A program made the position numbers and the translations under genes. Below the pieces are notes generated by a model. It had not been told where the DNA came from. It saw nothing but the letters and a program-made list of their open reading frames with translations, and did not search any database. A stretch of DNA of 63,096 bases, filler included, from an uncultured bacterium (GTDB lineage Bacteria > Hinthialibacterota > Hinthialibacteria > Hinthialibacterales > Hinthialibacteraceae), in the NCBI GenBank assembly GCA_964449065.1. It is 7 parts of 7 records of this genome, joined end to end, with 100 filler letters (N's around TTAATTAATTAA, not from the genome) between each part and the next. Parts side by side here need not be neighbours in the genome. Positions count along the whole stretch, not along the records: positions 54,264 to 63,096 come from CAYVAZ010000214.1; 6 more parts are not named here. One strand, 5' to 3'. Positions 56,863-63,096 of the stretch are shown here, piece by piece (position 1 is the first letter of the stretch; every line of letters begins with the position of its first letter).

Positions 56863-57639
56863 TCAATTTAATTCAAGCTGATCGTTTGCTTTTTGAAAAA
56901 ATAAGTTCATTCCCTCAATTTGCTGCTTTCCAAGATCATACCGTAAGTTTTCAAGAAAGTACCGGGAAAAACGTTTGTCAGGAATCGCAAGTAACTTTGT
57001 ACACCTTTTGACAATCAAGTCTATGTTTGCCATCCCTTGGGTTTTCGCCTCCAAAAATGCGGGAGCCCACTTTTCGATATCAACCATCGGCTGGGCGATC
57101 CAAAGCGCAAAGACAAATGGCAACCCGGTATGCTTCTTCCAGATTTCTCCTAAATCGTAGCAGTAAGGATATTTCCCCTCTGCAATCAAGCCTGCATCGC
57201 CAATGGCAAGGGCGGCATCCGCAATGTTCATCCCATTTTCCACTGGTGGAGTATAGGACACATACACCGGTCCGCGCTGCCAATATTCGTGAAACAATAT
57301 TTTGGTTAAAACAATTGATGTTAATGAACTTTGGTCTAATGCAACGGTTTCAATTTCAGCCGCAGGCTTTTTACTGAACAAAAGAACACTCCCAACAGCT
57401 CCATCGCTGCTGATGCTGATGTCCGGTAAATAAGAATATGACGGATGTTTTAACAACTCGATGGAAGATAATAGTGCTAAGTCAACTTCGCCTTGCTCCA
57501 TGAGTTTACCTAATTTTGAAGGAACCACACGAATGATCTCCGCGGACGGGCAGGTTTGTGGTAAATATTCGATCAATGGGAAGGCATTGGTATACGATAC
57601 CGTTCCGATTCGCAATGGGTTCCCGCGGTGATTATTCAT
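56863..57639 (-). CDS. mqnA: Chorismate dehydratase (futalosine pathway)
   Basis: RIG.VSY.NA.PL, S.TS..L, AALAIGD, DLGE.W...TGLPFVFALW. Confidence 0.9.
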   Translation of the reverse strand: MNNHRGNPLRIGTVSYTNAFPLIEYLPQTCPSAEIIRVVPSKLGKLMEQGEVDLALLSSIELLKHPSYSYLPDISISSDGAVGSVLLFSKKPAAEIETVALDQSSLTSIVLTKILFHEYWQRGPVYVSYTPPVENGMNIADAALAIGDAGLIAEGKYPYCYDLGEIWKKHTGLPFVFALWIAQPMVDIEKWAPAFLEAKTQGMANIDLIVKRCTKLLAIPDKRFSRYFLENLRYDLGKQQIEGMNLFFQKANDQLELN

Positions 57640-57653
57640 AGAGAAAAGCCATC

Positions 57654-59243
57654 TTATTTTAGGTTAATGACTTTTGCTTCGTTGATGAAATCCAATGAGG
57701 ATAGTTCATTCAACACATTGTCGGGAACCTCCGCATCGATGTTGCACATGGTAATCGCCTCACCGCCGCGTGCTTGACGCCCCAAACTCATATCGGCGAT
57801 ATTGATATTGGATTGGGATAACGCGTTCCCCAAATGGCCGACAACACCGGGTTGGTCGACATTCTTGATGAACAAGATGAACCCGGTAGGTTTGATTTCG
57901 ATCCGGCAATCATCGACGGCCACAATGCGGGGGTCGGCGCCAAAATTGGTTCCACTGACGCTGACGGACTTGCTGTTGGAAGTCAGTTTTACCGTGATGA
58001 GATTGGAATAGCCTTTGGCTTCTTTCTCTTTTATTTCGGAATATTCAATTTTGCGTTGTTCCGCTAACATGGGAGCATTTACATAATTGACATCCTGATC
58101 CATCACCGGGGTCAACAATCCCTTTAAGACGGCAATAGTGAGCATGGTGGTATTTTCATTGGAAATAGGTCCGGCGTAGAGAATATCAGCATGATCAATA
58201 TGCTTGCCCAAATATTGCGACGCGAACATGCCGATTTTTTCTGCCAAACCGATATAGGGGCCGATTTTTTTCCTGACTTCGGGAGCAATGGACGGAATGT
58301 TGATGGCGTTGCGAACTTCTTTATCCAGCAAAGCATCGATGATATTTTCGGCGATTTCAACCGAAATAGAGATTTCGGCTTCATCGGTAGAGGAAGCTAA
58401 GTGGGGTGTGCTGATACAATCATCGCGTTTGCGTAGGGGATGCTCCTCCGGGGCGGGTTCCGTTTCGTAGGCATCGATTGCTGCCCCAGCACATTTTTTG
58501 CTCTCTAAGGCGCGAAGGAGGGCTTCTTCATCAACTATACCGCCGCGGGCACAGTTGATGATACGAACCCCTTTCTTCATTTTGGCGAATGCTTGGTCGT
58601 TGATGAGATGTGTCGTTTCTTTGGTTTTGGTCGTGTGAACGGTAATAAAATCAGCCTCTTCGAAGATTTGATCCAACTCAGCTTGTTTAAAATCATGTTC
58701 TTCCATCTGTTCTTTTGACACGAACGGGTCGTAGGCCAATACATTCATGTGAAAGGCCAGGGCGCGTTTGCCGACTTCGGTGCCAACACGCCCTAAGCCT
58801 ATGATACCCAGAGTCTTACGAAATAGTTCGGAACCGGTAAATTTCTTTTGATCCCATTTTCCCGCTTTCATGGAAGCGTCGGCGGCAGGGATTTTTCGTG
58901 CCAGACTGGCGATCATGGCCCAAGTGAGTTCAGCGGTTGAAGTGGTGTTTCCCCCGGGAGTATTCATTACGATGATGCCGCGGTTGGTGGCCGCATTTAA
59001 ATCGATATTATCCACTCCAACGCCGGCCCGGCCGATGACTTTGAGTTTTGAGGCACAGGCGATGACATCTTCGGAAACTTTCGTCGCGCTGCGAATGACA
59101 AGCCCGTCGTAATTTCCAATCACGGTTTTTAATTCGCCGGGAGACATGCCGGTCTTTACGTCGGCTTGGAATGCAGAGTGGCTTTGGAGAACATCCACAC
59201 CTTCTTGTGCGAGCGCGTCGCTAACCAGTACTCGAAATGTCAT
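57654..59243 (-). CDS. serA: D-3-phosphoglycerate dehydrogenase
   Basis: GRAGVGVDNID, NTPGGN, GLGRVG, INCARGG, TPHL, C-terminal ACT domain. Confidence 0.95.
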   Translation of the reverse strand: MTFRVLVSDALAQEGVDVLQSHSAFQADVKTGMSPGELKTVIGNYDGLVIRSATKVSEDVIACASKLKVIGRAGVGVDNIDLNAATNRGIIVMNTPGGNTTSTAELTWAMIASLARKIPAADASMKAGKWDQKKFTGSELFRKTLGIIGLGRVGTEVGKRALAFHMNVLAYDPFVSKEQMEEHDFKQAELDQIFEEADFITVHTTKTKETTHLINDQAFAKMKKGVRIINCARGGIVDEEALLRALESKKCAGAAIDAYETEPAPEEHPLRKRDDCISTPHLASSTDEAEISISVEIAENIIDALLDKEVRNAINIPSIAPEVRKKIGPYIGLAEKIGMFASQYLGKHIDHADILYAGPISNENTTMLTIAVLKGLLTPVMDQDVNYVNAPMLAEQRKIEYSEIKEKEAKGYSNLITVKLTSNSKSVSVSGTNFGADPRIVAVDDCRIEIKPTGFILFIKNVDQPGVVGHLGNALSQSNINIADMSLGRQARGGEAITMCNIDAEVPDNVLNELSSLDFINEAKVINLK

Positions 59244-59555
59244 AGTGTATACCTGCCTGCTGTGAATGATTTACCCAACAATGAGACCGCATGAAACCGA
59301 ATGTATTCAAATTCCAAAGATGATAGACTTTTATAGAGTTAACGCAAATATTCTATCCTGTGGTATGGAGTCATCAAGCAATAACAGTATTCTCTCAATG
59401 GAATTTATCGTGGATTTAAGTAGTAGGATAGTAAAGTAGCTCGATCATAACTCAAATTGTAAATCGATAGAATTTGAGTTGCTTTGTTGTCTGAAATTGC
59501 ACCTTCAATACGAAACACATTCTTTTTGTTGATCTGTGGTATTTTTGTCCTATTT

Positions 59556-59700
59556 TCATGGGGTAGGCTTGAGGAATCAAAGCATGATAACAGCGACACT
59601 CATCCAATACAGTCTGCGGTTACCCCTCAATGCGGGGGGATGAAGTTGGTAGTGCGTTCCATCATTTTCAACGGGTTCATGTAGGCATACCTGACTCCTG
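59556..59700 (-). ncRNA. Candidate structured RNA (6S-like rod)
   Basis: By-eye pairings: GGAGTCAGGT/GCCTACCCC, ATGATGG/TTATCAT, TCATCC/GGATGA, with a central bubble. Lies in a long intergenic region. Confidence 0.3.
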
Positions 59701-60047
59701 ATATTAGAATATAACTTTTCTCATAGATATATAGCCGAATCTTGCCGGGGACTCGCAATAAGCCCGATTGATTAGGATTTTTGCAAAATCAGCGAATAAT
59801 ATCGAAAGTATTAAAGGTATAATATCGTTACTATTTGTAAATAATATATTTTATATAAAAAGAAATGTTTCATATCTGCGATGCGATAGAAGTTTTTTTT
59901 TACCTTTTTTAAGTTTAATCAAATCAGTATTATAAATTGTTTTTTTAAAATTGATTTCCTTAATTTGACTAAGCGTATTGAATTTCACTGTAGGATAAGA
60001 TTATAATAATCCCTTAAATAAACTGATTGGTTTTCACTATAAATCGA

Positions 60048-60992
60048 ATGCCTGCAAAAAAAACGGCAAAAAAATCAACTATCAAAACTTCACCTGCTAA
60101 AGCAAAAGCGGCATTGAAAAAGACTGTCCAAAAAAAAACCACTGCCAAAAAAGAAGATGTAAATCAAACTACGAAAAAAAAATCGACCACGAAAGCGAGT
60201 GGATCATCCACAAAAAAAGCTACCATCAAAAAATCCACAGCAAAAAAATCCGTAGCAAAAAAATCTACAGAAAAGAAGTCCGCTGCCAAAAAATCTGCGG
60301 CAAAGTCGTCAAAGCCAAAGCGGATATCTTCTTCGAAACAGACGGCTGCCAAGAAAAAGACCGCCCAAAAAACCAAAGGGAACATTACCCTGAAAAAGAA
60401 TGTAATTAAAACAACATCCACCAGCAGCAAAACCAAAACCAAGCGGGTGGTACCAATAGAGCCGCGGGTTAAGGCACGGGAATTTCCTCCGACCAAATGG
60501 GGCAGCAATTTAGAGGTGCATTTTGAAATTACAGAGCAGTTGCCTCCCAACCATTTAACCAGCATTGCGGGGGGTATGGTGTTTCATGACGATAAAGTGG
60601 TATTGGCAAATGTGCCCGGCAGAGGATGGGAAATCATTGGCGGCCGAATTGATCTGGATGAGCATCCAGAAGAGACCTTTCGGCGCGAAGTGGAAAATCA
60701 GCTTGGGATAATCATGTCACACACGAAATTGCTGGGGCTCATGAGAATTGAGCATAAAGGCCCCATGCCGCCGAATTGTCCCTATCCGTATCCAGTTGCG
60801 TATGGAATTCAATACATTGGAATTCTGAAAGAGATGCTTCCGTTTGAAAGCAGTGTAGACTCGTTGGGCCGGTCTCTCATCAGTTTTGAAGGACTTCCGG
60901 AGCATTATTACGGGTGGAACGCCTACCACGAAGCGGTTTTTAAGTACGCGTTTGAAGAATATCATAAGCTGCGCAAAAAAAATAAACTCTGA
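60048..60992 (+). CDS. Histone H1-like Lys/Ala/Thr-rich N-terminus fused to a Nudix domain
   Basis: About 130 aa of KKS/TxAKK repeats, then GWEIIGGRIDLDEHPEETFRREVENQLG. Confidence 0.8.
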   Translation: MPAKKTAKKSTIKTSPAKAKAALKKTVQKKTTAKKEDVNQTTKKKSTTKASGSSTKKATIKKSTAKKSVAKKSTEKKSAAKKSAAKSSKPKRISSSKQTAAKKKTAQKTKGNITLKKNVIKTTSTSSKTKTKRVVPIEPRVKAREFPPTKWGSNLEVHFEITEQLPPNHLTSIAGGMVFHDDKVVLANVPGRGWEIIGGRIDLDEHPEETFRREVENQLGIIMSHTKLLGLMRIEHKGPMPPNCPYPYPVAYGIQYIGILKEMLPFESSVDSLGRSLISFEGLPEHYYGWNAYHEAVFKYAFEEYHKLRKKNKL

Positions 60993-61179
60993 CCGTTTTG
61001 AATCGAAAATCTCCAAACAAGTATAGAAAAATTCCCAGACTCAGAAAATTCTCTCGACTTCCGTGGAATTGATATTACAATAAATGTAATTGGACATTCG
61101 GTTTGTCTTTCGCTCTCTCTAATAGAACTTTTATTTTCGCTTTGTTTGGCCTTAAGCAACCGTGGGAAAACGATGAATT

Positions 61180-61740
61180 ATGACCGATATACTCTCTCAA
61201 GAAGAGATCGATAAACTCCTAAAAACCGGATTAGGCGGTTCCGAAGCTGAAGAAGAAAAGCCGCAGTCATTTGACCACAGTCAATCCGAAACCAGTTCAC
61301 AATCTGCCGGTTCTCATCCGTTTTCCGGTGGAGGACAAGATCTTCCTTCTTTTGATTCTGTCTTAGGCCTGAAAAAATCCGCCACGGTTAAGCGCTCTTC
61401 TGTTTTGGAAGACGAAAAAAAAACCAATGTTCAAATTGCCACATTTCCTTCTTTTGATATGGGTGAAGCACCGCCGGAAAGTACGGAATTGGGCATCATT
61501 CTTGACATTAAACTGGAGATTCGGGTGGAACTGGGGAGTACGAAATCCACCATTCGCAAGGTGCTGGATATGGGAACCGGATCGGTTATTGAGTTGGATA
61601 AACAAAACGGGGAACCGATTGATTTGGTGGTGAATAAAAAAGCATTTGCGAAAGGCGAGATGATTGTGATTGGGGAAAACTTTGGCGCGCGGATTACCGA
61701 TATCCTTTCCGTGCATGAAATCATCGAAGCGCTCCGCTAG
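61180..61740 (+). CDS. fliN: Flagellar motor switch protein FliN with N-terminal CheY-binding peptide
   Basis: ILSQEEIDKLL. C-terminal SPOA domain ILDI.L...VELG..GSVIELDK..GEP....N....KGE......NFG.RITDI. Confidence 0.85.
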   Translation: MTDILSQEEIDKLLKTGLGGSEAEEEKPQSFDHSQSETSSQSAGSHPFSGGGQDLPSFDSVLGLKKSATVKRSSVLEDEKKTNVQIATFPSFDMGEAPPESTELGIILDIKLEIRVELGSTKSTIRKVLDMGTGSVIELDKQNGEPIDLVVNKKAFAKGEMIVIGENFGARITDILSVHEIIEALR

Positions 61741-61960
61741 GGTTGGAAGGAGACCACGTTTTTATTCCCTTATGGCTTAAACCGATTCCACTAAAGATTC
61801 CGCCGAACCATTCGAGTGTTTCCACCAATTTGGGTCCCCAATCGGGAATAGATGATCCCCACCAGATTTCCAACATCTTTTGCAGAATGAACGCGGCCAT
61901 AAACAATCCGGCACCAAGTGCAGTTTTTTTTCCGTTTAACCCTTTCCAAATGGTTTGCAT
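61721..61960 (-). CDS. Small two-TM membrane protein (holin-like)
   Basis: LNGKKT motif followed by two hydrophobic helices. GAGGTG RBS. Confidence 0.65.
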   Translation of the reverse strand: MQTIWKGLNGKKTALGAGLFMAAFILQKMLEIWWGSSIPDWGPKLVETLEWFGGIFSGIGLSHKGIKTWSPSNPSGALR

Positions 61961-62163
61961 AGTTCACCTCGGTTGTAATGGTTCTCTACCCTTAGTGAAA
62001 GGCATTCAAGATTGAGGGATTAAATGCAGATCGGCAGGTTGAAATGGATTGGATAACAGGATTGGATAACCGTTGTTGAATTCATTGCATTTTTCCAATA
62101 TTCTGATTAGATAATTGGCATACAATAGATCCAAAACTAAAGGATATCAAAGTGGAGAATTTG

Positions 62164-62745
62164 ATGACGGATAAAAAAGTGTTAATGATTGTTGGCGATT
62201 TTGTGGAAGATTATGAAGTCATGGTTCCGTTTCAGGCATTGCAGGCTGTTGGATATACGGTGCATGCGGTTTGTCCGCAAAAATCCGAGGGGAATTCGAT
62301 TAAGACGGCTATTCATGATTTTGAGGGGGATCAAACTTATACAGAAAAACCGGGGCATAAATTTACCCTGAATGCTTCCTTTGATTCCGTTGATCCTGCA
62401 AATTACGATGCGCTTTACCTTCCGGGAGGCCGGGCACCGGAATATTTGCGTATGGATGATAAAGTCATCAAAATGATCCAGCATTTTTTTGAGGAAAACA
62501 AAGTCGTAGCGGCGATATGCCATGCGCTGCAAATCCTTTCCAGTTCCGGTCTTTTGAAGGGGAAATCGTGCACGGCGTATCCGGCGGTCGGCCCGGAAGT
62601 GAATGCTTCCGGCGGGACCTACGTGGAGACCGATATTGACGGCGTGCATGTGGATGGCAATTTGATTACGGCACCGGCCTGGCCGGCGCATCCCGCAATA
62701 CTGGCAAAGATGATTGAGGCGATGGGGACAAAAATCGAATCTTAG
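62164..62745 (+). CDS. DJ-1/PfpI family protein
   Basis: GDFVEDYE.MVPFQ, AIHDFEG.QTYTEKPGH, PGGRAPEYLR, AICH, APAWPAHP. Confidence 0.93.
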   Translation: MTDKKVLMIVGDFVEDYEVMVPFQALQAVGYTVHAVCPQKSEGNSIKTAIHDFEGDQTYTEKPGHKFTLNASFDSVDPANYDALYLPGGRAPEYLRMDDKVIKMIQHFFEENKVVAAICHALQILSSSGLLKGKSCTAYPAVGPEVNASGGTYVETDIDGVHVDGNLITAPAWPAHPAILAKMIEAMGTKIES

Positions 62746-62762
62746 GAATACGGTATACCGCA

Positions 62763-63096
62763 TTGGATTGTTTACAAAAAACCGCGTCCTCTTTTTGGAT
62801 GTTGTTCGCCCTGTGTATTGGGTATGTATCGGCTATTATTTTTTTCGGTCCTAGCGTGCAGCAACTTTCTCAAATTTCCTACGCGGTCTTTGCCATAGAA
62901 GTGTGTTGCTTTGTGCAGCTGAATTATGCCTGGTATTTGCAATGGAACCGGTTGCATAAGCCTATTTTGTTCGTGTTCACCGCGCTCTTTTTCTTGCGAT
63001 TCATATACTTTTTGTCAGATTCTGCCGGCTTGCCTTGGTATTTGCGCTCGCAATCGTCACTGAACGCGCCGCTCTTGAGTTTGTTTTACATCATCG
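62763..63096 (+). CDS. Membrane protein, 3' end outside the window
   Basis: Manual translation is open from TTG 62763 to the window end, with several hydrophobic segments. Confidence 0.55.
   Translation, partial: MDCLQKTASSFWMLFALCIGYVSAIIFFGPSVQQLSQISYAVFAIEVCCFVQLNYAWYLQWNRLHKPILFVFTALFFLRFIYFLSDSAGLPWYLRSQSSLNAPLLSLFYII

Overview
This is not one locus. It is seven unrelated contigs of about 9 kb, joined by artificial 100-nt N spacers that carry TTAATTAATTAA (9066-9165, 18102-18201, 27138-27237, 36172-36271, 45181-45280, 54164-54263), so adjacency across a spacer means nothing. Contigs 1-5 and 7 look like one bacterium. My inference is a Sumerlaeota/Hinthialibacter(OLB16)-like candidate lineage, based on its pilin-like and CRTAC1 genes. 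These contigs hold housekeeping and regulatory genes (amrS, lctP, udk, yqeK, mgtE, mqnA, serA, fliN, a sigma54 activator, STAS/RsbW), many secreted proteins of unknown function, several toxin-antitoxin modules and abundant REP/MITE repeats, several at contig ends. Contig 6 looks foreign (Bacteroidota-like) and resembles a defence island. It carries an exonuclease-RecQ-UvrD fusion, decayed gene fragments, a TA pair followed by an attC-like hairpin, and an XRE-IrrE/PIN module followed by an unannotated 56-aa gene. Best candidate for an undescribed system: unrelated secreted proteins share a short C-terminal [VIL]xxW(xL[FH]) tail, and two of them are co-oriented with a pilin-like gene from a constant-end/variable-core family. 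This suggests a lineage-specific sorting signal plus a pilin-linked (metal) capture system. No rRNA, tRNA or CRISPR array was seen. All family calls come from motif recognition; no database searches were run.
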